The translations under genes and the position numbers were made by a program. This document shows positions 1 through 9,161 of a stretch of DNA of 64,000 nt, piece by piece. Below the pieces are notes generated by a model that had not been told where the DNA came from, made no database searches, and worked only from the letters and a program-made list of their open reading frames with translations. The stretch's first letter is position 1. The number at the start of each line of letters is the position of its first letter. Origin of the DNA: Nannocystis bainbridge (GTDB lineage Bacteria > Myxococcota_A > Polyangia > Nannocystales > Nannocystaceae); assembly GCF_028368995.1 (NCBI RefSeq), contig NZ_JAQNDL010000003.1, positions 1 through 64,000 of the forward strand. The letters run 5' to 3'.

Positions 1-231
1 CACACACCGGGGCCCGACCGGTGTTCGGCAGCCCCCGCTTCCAGCGGCGCCGGGCGTCGATTTCAGCAGTGACGGATCGCTCGCGCGTCGATCGCTCGCT
101 CCAATGGCGCTCGCGCGGGCCGCGAGCGAGCGGCGAGCGAGCGAACCCTCGACGACGCCCGCGCCGCAGCGATCGCAGCGGCCGCGCGGCGCCTCACAGT
201 GACCGCGGCGATCGGCGCCCCGTCCGCCGGC

Positions 232-762
232 TCACTCGCCGGCGCCGCTCGCCGGCTCGCTCGTGTCGTCGCCGCGCAGCGCCACCGACTCGCCGGCGAT
301 GGTGGCCCCGCCCTCGAGGCACAGCATGCGCACGCGGCCGCTGGCGACCGGGCGCCCGTCGTCGTCGCGGATCTCGACGCCCCACACCTGCGTGCGCCGG
401 CCGCGGCTCAGCGGGGTCGCGCGGGCCCGCAGCGTGCCGCCGCGGGTGCCGTGGAGGAACGAGGTCGCGTTCTCGAGGCCGACAGTCGCCTGCCCGCGCG
501 CCATCGCCGACATCGCAGCGCCCGCGCTCGCCAGCGACTCGACGATCGTCGCGTACACGCCCCCGTGGACCAGGCCGTACGGCTGCAGCAGCTGCGGCGT
601 AACGGGCACCTCGGCCTCGACCGCGTCGGCGCTGACCGCCGTGTAGGCCAGGCCGATCAGGCGGTCGAACGCGCTGCGGTGGTCGTTGAAGATCGCCAGG
701 ACCGCGGCCGGATCGCTCCGTGCCGCGACCAGCGCTGCCAGGGCCCGGCCGGCGTCGGTCAT
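232..762 (-). CDS. PaaI-family hotdog-fold thioesterase
   Basis: QPYGLVHGGVYATIVES, VGLENATSFL, RGRRTQVWGVEI motifs; start trimmed to ATG at 762 (MTDAGRAL). Confidence 0.9.
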   Translation of the reverse strand: MTDAGRALAALVAARSDPAAVLAIFNDHRSAFDRLIGLAYTAVSADAVEAEVPVTPQLLQPYGLVHGGVYATIVESLASAGAAMSAMARGQATVGLENATSFLHGTRGGTLRARATPLSRGRRTQVWGVEIRDDDGRPVASGRVRMLCLEGGATIAGESVALRGDDTSEPASGAGE

Positions 763-838
763 CCCCGCCACCCTACGCGCAGGGCCGGGCGCCGGCAAGG
801 CCCCGGCGCGGTCCGCGTTCATTCCGCGGATCGGGCGC

Positions 839-926
839 CATGTCCTCGGAGACATGCCCCCATGAACATGCTCGAACAGACATGCTCTTTCGAACATGCT
901 CACGCAGACATGCCCCTGCGGACATG
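839..926. repeat. 14-bp-period CATG array (7 units)
   Basis: CATG starts at 839, 853, 867, 881, 895, 909, 923 with variable 10-bp spacers. Confidence 0.9.
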
Positions 927-959
927 CTCGCCAGGCAACCCCGCGGCGCGAGCGAGCGC

Positions 960-1709
960 TCAGCCGCGCGACAGCCCCGGGCGCGGCACGTCGGTGCCGA
1001 GGGTCTCGGCGCTGATCGGCGCGCCGATGGCGGCCAGGGCCTGGCGGTGCTGGGCCGGCGGGACCTTGAGCAGGGCGCGCTCGAACGCCTGCAGGCGGAC
1101 GAAGCTCGGCAGGGCCCAGGTGCGCGCCGCCAGGCCGGCGAGGCGGGGCCACCGCTCGGGGTCAGGCTCGACGCGGGCGAGGGCGGCGTTGCGCAGGAAG
1201 CTGGCGACGGCGATGTCGGCGATCGACAGCTCGCCGCAGAAGAACCCGTCCGCGGGCGCCTGCGCCTCGAGGTAGTCGAACACCGGCGGCACGTCCTCGC
1301 GGATGGTCCTCTCGATCAGCGCGGTGTCGGGCGGCTGGTTGAACACGGCCGGGCGCACCACCACCTGGGCGAACAGGCGCCACAGCAGCACCTCGCCCAT
1401 GCGCGTGTCGGCGAACTCCTCGAGCCAGCGCGCGCGGGCTCGCAGCGCCGGGGTGCGCGGCAGCAGCGGCGGCGCGGGGTGGACCTCTTCGAGGTACTCG
1501 CAGATGACGGTGGAGTCGGTGAGGGTCAGGTCGCCGTCGACGAGCACGGGGATCCGCCGCAGCGGGCTGACGGCGGAGAAGCCGTCGCCGCCGAGGAAGG
1601 GGATGATCGGGTCGATGGTGTACGCGACGCCCTTGAGGTCGAGCGCGACCAGGACCTTGCGGACGTAGGGCGAGACGTAATTGCCGACGATGTGGACCGG
1701 ACCGGGCAC
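960..1709 (-). CDS. glutathione S-transferase family protein
   Basis: SPYVRKV, SPLRRIPVL, LTDSTVICEYLEE, SIADIA motifs; GTG start inferred at 1709. Confidence 0.92.
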   Translation of the reverse strand: MPGPVHIVGNYVSPYVRKVLVALDLKGVAYTIDPIIPFLGGDGFSAVSPLRRIPVLVDGDLTLTDSTVICEYLEEVHPAPPLLPRTPALRARARWLEEFADTRMGEVLLWRLFAQVVVRPAVFNQPPDTALIERTIREDVPPVFDYLEAQAPADGFFCGELSIADIAVASFLRNAALARVEPDPERWPRLAGLAARTWALPSFVRLQAFERALLKVPPAQHRQALAAIGAPISAETLGTDVPRPGLSRG

Positions 1710-1763
1710 CGGCCGACCAGACCACCGGGGCGCGGAGCTGTCAACGTCGGCCGGCGCGGGTAC

Positions 1764-1779
1764 CTGTCCTGCGGGACAG
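1764..1779. promoter_or_regulatory. perfect palindrome CTGTCC-TGCG-GGACAG upstream of GST (member of the dispersed motif family)
   Basis: Directly visible inverted repeat; function unknown. Confidence 0.5.
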
Positions 1780-2070
1780 ATCGCAAGCGCCCGGCGCCTG
1801 GCGGCCCGCGCCGGCGTGGCAACCGGCAGCTTCGGCGTGAAAGCGCCAGTGGGTCGGCTCACGCGAGCGGCGCGCCCGCGACCGGGCGGCATCGGGGACG
1901 ATGGGCCCGTGACCGCGAGCGACCCCCACCCTCCCACGTCGGCCCAGCTGCGCGCCGCGCTCGCCAGCCTGCAGACCGCCGAGCGCGTAGCGGGGGTTCA
2001 TGCTCCGGAGTGTCGCAACGCCTCGAGACGGTGCGCGCCGTCCCGTCTCGGTCGCGCGAGGGCCCGCCCG

Positions 2071-2144
2071 CGTGCTCGACACATCATGTTCTATCGGACA
2101 TGTCTTCAAGACCATGCCCTCTCGAACATGTTCTCCTCGCCATG
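2071..2144. repeat. 14-bp-period CATG array (6 units)
   Basis: CGTG at 2071, then CATG at 2085, 2099, 2113, 2127, 2141. Confidence 0.9.
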
Positions 2145-2207
2145 AAGCTCTCGACGCGCTCGCGGGTCGCCCCGTCCTGAACAGCGCCGGCTCGACGCCC
2201 CCCCGGC

Positions 2208-2708
2208 TCAGCGCCGCCGCCGGCGCAGCAGCGCGAAGCCCAGCACCAGCCAGCCGGCACCGAGCCCCGCCTCGTCGATCGCGCACGAGCTCGTCGCCGG
2301 CTTCGGCGCCTCGGTCGCGGTCTTCGCGGGCTCGCTCTTGCCGCTCACGGGCGCGGGCGCAGGCGCAGGCGCGGACGTCGCCGTCTTGCCGTCCGGCGAC
2401 CAGCTCCCGGTCGCGCCCGGCGGACAGTACAGCTCCCTGCCGCTGTAGTTGCCGCCGTCGCGGCAGCGCTGCTGCAGCCCCTTGGCGGCGACGCTCGCCC
2501 TGCACTCCTCGCCGACGTGCTTCCACTCGGCCTCCGGCTGCCCCGGCATGAACGCGTAGTCGCAGAACTCGCCGGCGGGGCACTGTTCGGCCAGCGTGCA
2601 GTGGGCGTTCGGCGAGTTTGGATCGGGCGGGACATCGGCCCGCGCGAGCGCCGGGGTGAACGCGAACGCGATGGCCACGAGGGCGGCCCTGAAGCAGCGA
2701 ATGCTCAT
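2208..2708 (-). CDS. secreted Cys-rich protein with MYXO-CTERM-like sorting tail
   Basis: Signal peptide (ALARA-DV), Cys-rich domain, Pro/Ala linker, C-terminal SSCAIDE...WLVLGFALLRRRRR. Confidence 0.8.
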   Translation of the reverse strand: MSIRCFRAALVAIAFAFTPALARADVPPDPNSPNAHCTLAEQCPAGEFCDYAFMPGQPEAEWKHVGEECRASVAAKGLQQRCRDGGNYSGRELYCPPGATGSWSPDGKTATSAPAPAPAPVSGKSEPAKTATEAPKPATSSCAIDEAGLGAGWLVLGFALLRRRRR

Positions 2709-2917
2709 GCCGGCGATGATAGCGAATTCGCGGCGGCGCGCGCACGCGCGAGGATGCGCGCCGTGGACGCCCACCGGCCCGACTCATGGCATTCGCAGAC
2801 CTCACTGCGGGCCGCGCTGGACCTCTCAGCAATTATCGAGAGCAGGCCGCGTTCACCGCCTGCTGCTCCGCGGGCCCACGCTTCCGCACGACCTCCTGCG
2901 TGATAACCTCCCCGATC

Positions 2918-4219
2918 ATGCTGGCGACCGTGCCCTTCTTGCGCTGGTCCGACGTCGATCCGGCCGGGCACGAGTTCGATCCGGAGCCGGCGCGGCGGAT
3001 CGTCGCGCGCCACGTCGAGGCTGCCGTCGCCGGGCGCGGGGCGCACTGGCGGGACACCCCGACGGACGTGCGTGACGCGCTCGTCACCACCTTCGAGCGC
3101 GAGTTCGTCGGCGAGTACGGCGCGTGGGCGTCCGGCTGGCACTGGGCCGCCAGCGAGCCCGGCGGCGGCGGACCTGTGCGCGGCTGGTGCTGCTCGCGCG
3201 ACAGCCTGTTTCGCCGCGACGACCCCGACCCGCAGGCGACCGTCGAGCGCGTCGTCGCGGCGCTGGCCGAATGGCAGCAGTTCCTCGTCGACCTCGCCGC
3301 GACCTTCGCCGACCTGTACCAAGAGACAGCCGAGTTCCCGCTCGCGGACCAGGTCGAGCGCGCCGCGGCCCGGCTCCTGCCGCTCGTCGTCGAGCGCACC
3401 GGCACCGAGGACGCCTGGTACAACACCTTCACCCGCACGCTGCTGTGGTGCCTCGAATCGTTCGGTCGCGCCGGCTCCGAGGTCGAGCGCGCGGTCGAGG
3501 GCGTCGTCGACGGGCAGTTCTCGAGCTGGTGCGCGCCGGACGAGGACGCCGCCCGCGAGGCCTGCGCCCAGCTCGGCCTGGCCGTCGCCGAAGCGGCGCG
3601 CGAGGCCTCGGCCGCGCCTCCCGACGCCCTCGCCGCCTGGCTCGAGACCCGCGTCGCCGCGTTTCGCGAGCCCCGGCGATCGCGGCGGCGCCAGCCGCTT
3701 CACCGCGACGGTCACCTGCAATTCATCGAACAGCGCGACCGCCCCCGCGACCCCGTGCGCGCCGATCGCATGCTCGCCGCGCTGACGGCCTGCCGGGCTC
3801 ACGCGCGCTCGGGCGCGCCGCTCACCTTCGCGGCGCTCGCGTCGTGGCAAGCGCTGGTGCTCGGCGTGGCGGCGCCGCAGTTCCGCACCACCGAGGCGTT
3901 CGCCCGCGGCGGCCACGTCCGCTACGGCCTGACCGACGACACGTCCGCGCGCTTCACCGCCTGCCTCGCCGAGGCCGGCTCCGACGAACTGCTGGCGGTC
4001 CGCGCCGCCCGCGTGTACCTCGACGTCTGCTTCTTCCACCCGTTCGCCGACGGCAACGCCCGCGCCGCCCGCCTCGCCCTCGATCACGTGATCACCCGCG
4101 CCGGCCTGGCTCTGCACAGCGTCGAGCCGCTGTTCGTCATCGCCCGCGACGCCCGCGACGTCCGTGGCGCCTGGTGCCTGGCGCACGCGCTCGAGCAGTT
4201 GCTCGGCGCACCCGCGTGA
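2918..4219 (+). CDS. Fic/Doc domain protein with long N-terminal domain
   Basis: HPFADGNARAAR Fic motif near the C-terminus; ATG at 2918. Confidence 0.85.
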   Translation: MLATVPFLRWSDVDPAGHEFDPEPARRIVARHVEAAVAGRGAHWRDTPTDVRDALVTTFEREFVGEYGAWASGWHWAASEPGGGGPVRGWCCSRDSLFRRDDPDPQATVERVVAALAEWQQFLVDLAATFADLYQETAEFPLADQVERAAARLLPLVVERTGTEDAWYNTFTRTLLWCLESFGRAGSEVERAVEGVVDGQFSSWCAPDEDAAREACAQLGLAVAEAAREASAAPPDALAAWLETRVAAFREPRRSRRRQPLHRDGHLQFIEQRDRPRDPVRADRMLAALTACRAHARSGAPLTFAALASWQALVLGVAAPQFRTTEAFARGGHVRYGLTDDTSARFTACLAEAGSDELLAVRAARVYLDVCFFHPFADGNARAARLALDHVITRAGLALHSVEPLFVIARDARDVRGAWCLAHALEQLLGAPA

Positions 4220-4271
4220 GCGCGCTGCGATGTCCTCACGCGCCCGACCCGTTTGCCGGCCGTCGTGACGA

Positions 4272-5993
4272 TCACTCGCAGCTCGACGGCAGCTCCACCG
4301 GCGCTGCTGCCAGCTTGACCGCCGCGATCGCGTTGGCGCGCTCGACCGCCGCTGCGGCCAGCGAGTTGCACTTCGACGCCGCGTCGAGCAGGCGCGCGTT
4401 GTCGGGCGCCGGCGCGCGGGTGGCCGCTTCGACGAGGTCCTGGCAGCAGCGCAGGTAGTCGATGCGGATCCCCCTGCCGCCGGGCGTCTTGGCCGGCTCG
4501 CCCGCCTGTCCCGAGCGCCAGCCGAGAGCGACCTTGCCGAGATCGCCACGGTTGTGCGGCGAGGCGCCGCGGAAGCGCGGCACCGGCGGCGGCGTCTTCG
4601 AGCCGGTCGCGAATGCCGTCAGTTGCCCGTCCTTGGCGGCCACCAGCAATTCGTGTGACCCGTCGCCGTCGACGTCGGCCACCAGCGCCGACGCCTCGAT
4701 ACCGCCGCCGACGCGGGCCAACTCGCGGCGGCCGCCGTCGGCCGAGAATGCCAGCAGCAGCCCCTTCTCGGTGCCCACGATCGCCTCGAGGCGGCCGTCG
4801 TCGTCGAGGTCCATCACCACCGCGCTGGCCGACACCCGGCCCTCGAACGCGCGCGCGGTCCGGCGCTCGGCGCCGACCAGCACCACCCCGTCCTCGTTGC
4901 TGCCCCACCACGAGGTCGGCGCCACGATCACCCCCGGCTGGCCCGCCAGCGGCACTGGCGAGGCGAACAGCCCGTCGATGCCGGCGGCGTCCTGCTGGAC
5001 CTGCGTGGCCCAGCGCGGCTCGCCGGTGGCCCCGTCGTGCACGCTGAGGTCGCCGTAGGACCACGCCGCCAGCACCTCCGGCTTGCCGTCGAGATCGAAG
5101 TCGGCGACCGTCGGCGACGCGTGGATCCCCGAATCGCGCGATTGTTGCCACAACACCTCGCCCGTCTTGCCGCGATAGGCCGTGAGGATCGCGTCGCGGG
5201 ACCCGGCGATCACGTCGTCGTGGCCGTCGCCGTCGAGGTCGGCCAGCGCCGCCGCGCCGATGTAGCCCTTGGCCCCGTATTCGTTGCTGCCGCTCTGCTT
5301 CTGCCACAGCGGCGCGCCGGTCTTGCCATTCAGCGCCCGCAACATGCCCGACTCGTCGCCGATCACCACATCGACCGCGCCGTCGCCGTCGAGGTCGCCG
5401 AGCGCCGGGGCCGGCCGCACCTTGCCGCTCGCCTTGGCCGTCCACAGCAGCTCGCCCGCCAGCGACGCCGCGACGATCTGCGCGTTGTCGGTGCCGAAGT
5501 AGACCGTCTCGCCGTCGATCGCCACGCCGCCGACGTCGCGGTCACCGCCGCCGGGCGAGGCGATCAGCCGGGTCTGCTTGCCGGTCCGCGCCTCGAGCAC
5601 GTACACGCCGTCGGTCTTCTCGTTCTTGCCGTCGAGCGAACGACCGTGGGTGCCGATCACCAGCTTGCCGTCGACCACCGCCATCGTCGTGCGGAAGGTC
5701 GTCTGCCCGACCTCCGCCTTCCACAGCACCTTCAGCGCCTCGCCCTCGACGCGGCGCACCGGCGGCGTGTGGCTCTGCTCGCCCGGGACCGCCGCAGACA
5801 CCATGAACTCGCCCGCAGGCGCCTCGGCCACCGGCGGCTCGGGCGGCGCCTTCGGCTCCGCGGGGCTCGCCTTCTCCACCGCCGGCGCGACCGGCTCGAC
5901 CACCGGCGCTTTGTCCTTCGCCGGCTCGGTCGGCGTGCAACCGACGAATGCGAGGAGGAGGCCGAGGGTGACGTGCGGTCGATCGGTCGTCAT
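4272..5993 (-). CDS. lipoprotein with PQQ-like/FG-GAP (VCBS) beta-propeller repeats
   Basis: Lipobox AFVGC; repeated DLDGDG/DFDLDG/DVDGDG motifs and G..LW repeats. Confidence 0.85.
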   Translation of the reverse strand: MTTDRPHVTLGLLLAFVGCTPTEPAKDKAPVVEPVAPAVEKASPAEPKAPPEPPVAEAPAGEFMVSAAVPGEQSHTPPVRRVEGEALKVLWKAEVGQTTFRTTMAVVDGKLVIGTHGRSLDGKNEKTDGVYVLEARTGKQTRLIASPGGGDRDVGGVAIDGETVYFGTDNAQIVAASLAGELLWTAKASGKVRPAPALGDLDGDGAVDVVIGDESGMLRALNGKTGAPLWQKQSGSNEYGAKGYIGAAALADLDGDGHDDVIAGSRDAILTAYRGKTGEVLWQQSRDSGIHASPTVADFDLDGKPEVLAAWSYGDLSVHDGATGEPRWATQVQQDAAGIDGLFASPVPLAGQPGVIVAPTSWWGSNEDGVVLVGAERRTARAFEGRVSASAVVMDLDDDGRLEAIVGTEKGLLLAFSADGGRRELARVGGGIEASALVADVDGDGSHELLVAAKDGQLTAFATGSKTPPPVPRFRGASPHNRGDLGKVALGWRSGQAGEPAKTPGGRGIRIDYLRCCQDLVEAATRAPAPDNARLLDAASKCNSLAAAAVERANAIAAVKLAAAPVELPSSCE

Positions 5994-6100
5994 ACGAGCG
6001 CGACGATACAACGCCGCCGAGCCCGGCGGGACACGAACACGAACAGGCCGATTTCGCCCGCGCGGGTGCACGCGCGGCCGCTCCGGGCCATGCTGCCGGG

Positions 6101-6787
6101 GTGGCCCCCGACGAACCCGACCTGCGTCCGGGCGGCCGGCGCTTCGCCGCGCTGGTGGCCGGCGTCGCCGCGGCCGCGCTGGTGCTGCGATACGTCGTGC
6201 TGGTGGTCGGCACCCGCGACACGCTCGGGCCGCTGCGGGCCACCGCCCGCTATTTCAGCGAGTTCAGCGTGCTCAGCGGCGGCCTCGTGGCCCTGACCGC
6301 CGGGCTCGCCGCGACCGCCTCGCAGCGCCCGCTGGCCCGCCTGCTCGCGCGTCCGGCCGCGCGCGCCGGCGTCGGCCTCTACAGCGTCGTCACCGGCGGC
6401 GCCTACTTCCTGGTCCTGCGCCACCTTTGGCGCCCGCGCGGGCTGCAGTGGTGGGCCGAGGCCGGCCTGCACTACGCCGTGCCGATCTTCTACCTGGTCT
6501 GGTGGACATGTTCTTTGGGACATGGTCAACTGCAACGCCGCCACGTGCTGCTGTGGCTGCTGGTCCCGCTGGCCCACCTGGTGTGGACAATCGCCCTCGG
6601 CGTCCAGGCCGGCGAATGCCCCTACCCCTTCCTCGACGTCGGCGCCCTCGGCGTCGCCGCCGTCGCCCGCAACGCCCTCCTCGTGCTCGGCGTGTTCGCG
6701 GCCGGCGGGCTCGCGGCGCTGCGGGTCGACCGGGCGTTCGCCCGCCGCGAGGGCCCCATCCGCCCGCGCGTGGCCGCCTCGCGCTGA
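6101..6787 (+). CDS. Pr6Pr / FAR-17a-AIG1-like integral membrane protein
   Basis: About 6 TM segments, YFSEFS, LHYAVP, YPFLD motifs. Confidence 0.75.
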   Translation: MAPDEPDLRPGGRRFAALVAGVAAAALVLRYVVLVVGTRDTLGPLRATARYFSEFSVLSGGLVALTAGLAATASQRPLARLLARPAARAGVGLYSVVTGGAYFLVLRHLWRPRGLQWWAEAGLHYAVPIFYLVWWTCSLGHGQLQRRHVLLWLLVPLAHLVWTIALGVQAGECPYPFLDVGALGVAAVARNALLVLGVFAAGGLAALRVDRAFARREGPIRPRVAASR

Positions 6788-6802
6788 CGGCGAACGCGCG
6801 CC

Positions 6803-6898
6803 CGCGCTCGCTGTCCTCGCGCTCGCTGTCCTCGTGCTCCGCTGTCCTCGCGCTCCGCTGTCCTCGCGCTCCGCTGACCTCTCGCTCCGCTATCCTCG
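6803..6898. repeat. tandem repeat of about 15-16 bp (GCTGTCCTCGCGCTCC-like), about 6 copies
   Basis: Directly visible intergenic repeat. Confidence 0.75.
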
Positions 6899-6902
6899 GC
6901 GC

Positions 6903-7808
6903 ATGCGCTCGCCCCGGATCGCGTGCCTCGTCCCCGCCGCCACCGACCTGGCCGCCAGCCTGGGCCTCGAGGTCGTCGGCGTGTCGCACGAATGCGACCA
7001 CCCGATCGCGCGCGGCCTGCCGGTGCTGACGCGCAGCCGGATCGCCGCCATGCACCCGCAGGGCCCGGGTCCGGCGGAGATCGATCTGCAAGTCAGCGCC
7101 GCGGTGGCCGCGGGCGAGCCGCTGTACCAGGTCGACCGCGAGGCCCTGGCCCGCCTGGCGCCCGACCTGGTGCTGTCGCAGTCGATCTGCGACGTCTGTG
7201 CCGCGCGCGCGGACGGCTGCGATCTGCCGGCGGGGGCGCGGCTCGTCGAGCTCGCGGCGACCAGCCTCGTCGGGCTCGCCGACGACGTGCGGGCCGTGGC
7301 CGCGGCCGCCGGCGTGCCCGCGCGCGGCGAGGCCGTCCTCGCCGACATCGCCGCCCACCACGCCGCGCTGGTCCGTCCGCTCGAGCGACCGCGCGTGCTG
7401 GCCCTCGAATGGGGCCACCCGCCGTTCCTCGGCGGCCACTGGGTGCCCGAATTGGTGGCGCTGGCCGGCGGTGAGCACCTGCTCTCCGGGCCAGGTCAGC
7501 CGTCGCGCCGCGCCGCGTGGCCCGAGATCGCGGCTGCCGACCCAGACATCGTCGTGTTCATGCCGTGCGGCTACGACCTCGCCGCGGCCGCGGCCGAGGC
7601 CGCCGAGCTGTGCCAGCGCTCGCCGCTCGGCGAGCTCCGCTGCGTCCGCGACGGTCAGCTGTGGGCGGTCGACGCTGTCGATCTGTTCAGCCGCTGCACG
7701 CCGCAGAGCGTGATCGACGGGGCCGCCGTGCTGGCCGCGCTGTTTCGGGGTGACGAGCCCCCGATCGTTTGGGCCTGTCGCATCGAATCGACGCCCGCGC
7801 TCTCATGA
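6903..7808 (+). CDS. BtuF-like Fe/B12 substrate-binding-fold protein
   Basis: RIACLVPAATD, VGVSHECDHP, PDLVLSQSICDVCA, GGHWVPELVALAGG. Confidence 0.85.
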   Translation: MRSPRIACLVPAATDLAASLGLEVVGVSHECDHPIARGLPVLTRSRIAAMHPQGPGPAEIDLQVSAAVAAGEPLYQVDREALARLAPDLVLSQSICDVCAARADGCDLPAGARLVELAATSLVGLADDVRAVAAAAGVPARGEAVLADIAAHHAALVRPLERPRVLALEWGHPPFLGGHWVPELVALAGGEHLLSGPGQPSRRAAWPEIAAADPDIVVFMPCGYDLAAAAAEAAELCQRSPLGELRCVRDGQLWAVDAVDLFSRCTPQSVIDGAAVLAALFRGDEPPIVWACRIESTPALS

Positions 7809-7870
7809 ATCACGACACCCGCGATTCATGGCAGTGTTCATCGCGATCGCCGTCGCGTAGCGTGCCGGCG

Positions 7871-8620
7871 ATGCGCACCGCAGCCATTCTCGTAAGCATC
7901 TCCCTCGCGCTCGCCTGCGGCGCGGAGGCCGGCAAGGCCGGCGAAAAGAAGGTCGAGGCGGCCCCGGCGCCCGAGGTCAAGGCGCCCGAGGTCAAGGCGC
8001 CCGAGGTCCCGGCCGAGGCCAAGCCTACGCCGCTGCACCTCGACATCAGCCACGACAAGTCGGGCGTGCTGGCACGCGCGGCGTCGACGCTCGAGACCTC
8101 CGAGGCGGTCACGAACCCGGCGCTCAAGGAGCACCTGGCCGGGCTGTCGCACCACGCCGAGAAGGGCCCGACCAACGAGGCCCTGTGCGCGCACATGAGC
8201 AAGCTGCTGGCCGACAAGGCCCCGCCGGCGGTCGACTGCATCCACGCGCTCGAGCATCAGCGGGTCCACGTCGGCCCCGAGATCTTCGCCGAGGTGGCGC
8301 AGTGCGTGGTCGAGGCGCAGACGCGCGACGCGCTGCTGCGCTGCGAGGACGCCGAGAAGGAGGCCGAGCGCGAGCTGCACGTCAAGAAGCACGGCTCCGG
8401 CGTCGAGCCCGAGACGTGCACCAAGCTGTTCACGCACTTCGAGAAGCTGGCGATGGCCGACGCCGGCGACCAGGCCAGGGCGGTCGAGGAAATTTTGGAG
8501 GAGGTGCGCGCCGACATCCTCGAGGCGTGCGCCGAACAAGGCACGCGCGCCGAGGTCGACTGCGCCCTCAACGCCAAGGACATGCAGGCCCTCGGCGCCT
8601 GCCAGTCCGACATTCTTTAA
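7871..8620 (+). CDS. hypothetical lipoprotein with Cys-paired helical repeats
   Basis: Lipobox LALAC, EVKAP repeats, multiple Cys; GC-rich third positions. Confidence 0.75.
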   Translation: MRTAAILVSISLALACGAEAGKAGEKKVEAAPAPEVKAPEVKAPEVPAEAKPTPLHLDISHDKSGVLARAASTLETSEAVTNPALKEHLAGLSHHAEKGPTNEALCAHMSKLLADKAPPAVDCIHALEHQRVHVGPEIFAEVAQCVVEAQTRDALLRCEDAEKEAERELHVKKHGSGVEPETCTKLFTHFEKLAMADAGDQARAVEEILEEVRADILEACAEQGTRAEVDCALNAKDMQALGACQSDIL

Positions 8621-8698
8621 TAAAAAGTGTGCCGGCAATCGCGGCACCACCGGGGCGCCGCGATTGCCTGCTCGAGCGACGATCGCGGCGCACATTCA

Positions 8699-9158
8699 CC
8701 TGTCCCAATGGACAGCCATCATGGCGCCCGCGTCAGCCTCGGCACCTGCGCTCCGGGTGCCCACCTCGCGGCGCCTCCCGGCGCTTACGGGCGCCGCCCC
8801 CGGCGCGGCGCGAGCCGGAGATGTGGCGATGGGGTAGCTCCGCCGGCAGCCCGCGGACGCTGTGAACATGCCCGGACCCGAACCGCCGACGCGGAGGAGG
8901 TAGGCGCAAACGCGAACCGCCTGCCCCGAAGGACAGGCGGCCAGGATCGCCTTCCCGAAAGGACAGGCGCACCGCGCGGGCAGGTCCCAGGTCCCAAAGG
9001 ACAGCCATCATGACGCGCGCGCCAGCGCCCGTCAGCCTCGCCACCTGCGCTCCGGTCGCAGTACCTCGAAGGGCAATCCGGGCGCTCACGGGCGCAAACG
9101 CGAACCGCCTGCCCCGAAGGACAGGCGGCCATGATCGTCTGCCCGAACGGACAGGCGG
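8699..9158. repeat. duplicated intergenic segments carrying six palindrome sites
   Basis: About 8701-8756 resembles about 8990-9056; about 8903-8969 resembles about 9091-9157. Confidence 0.7.
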
Positions 9159-9161
9159 GCG

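Noticed and set aside
839-926. Mini-CRISPR or coding repeat for the CATG arrays
   Set aside because: Conserved core is only 4-6 bp and 14 is not a multiple of 3; overlapping ORFs look spurious
1764-1779. LexA SOS box (CTGT-N8-ACAG)
   Set aside because: Formally matches the E. coli pattern, but the described Myxococcus box differs, neighbours are not repair genes and many sites are intragenic; not fully excluded
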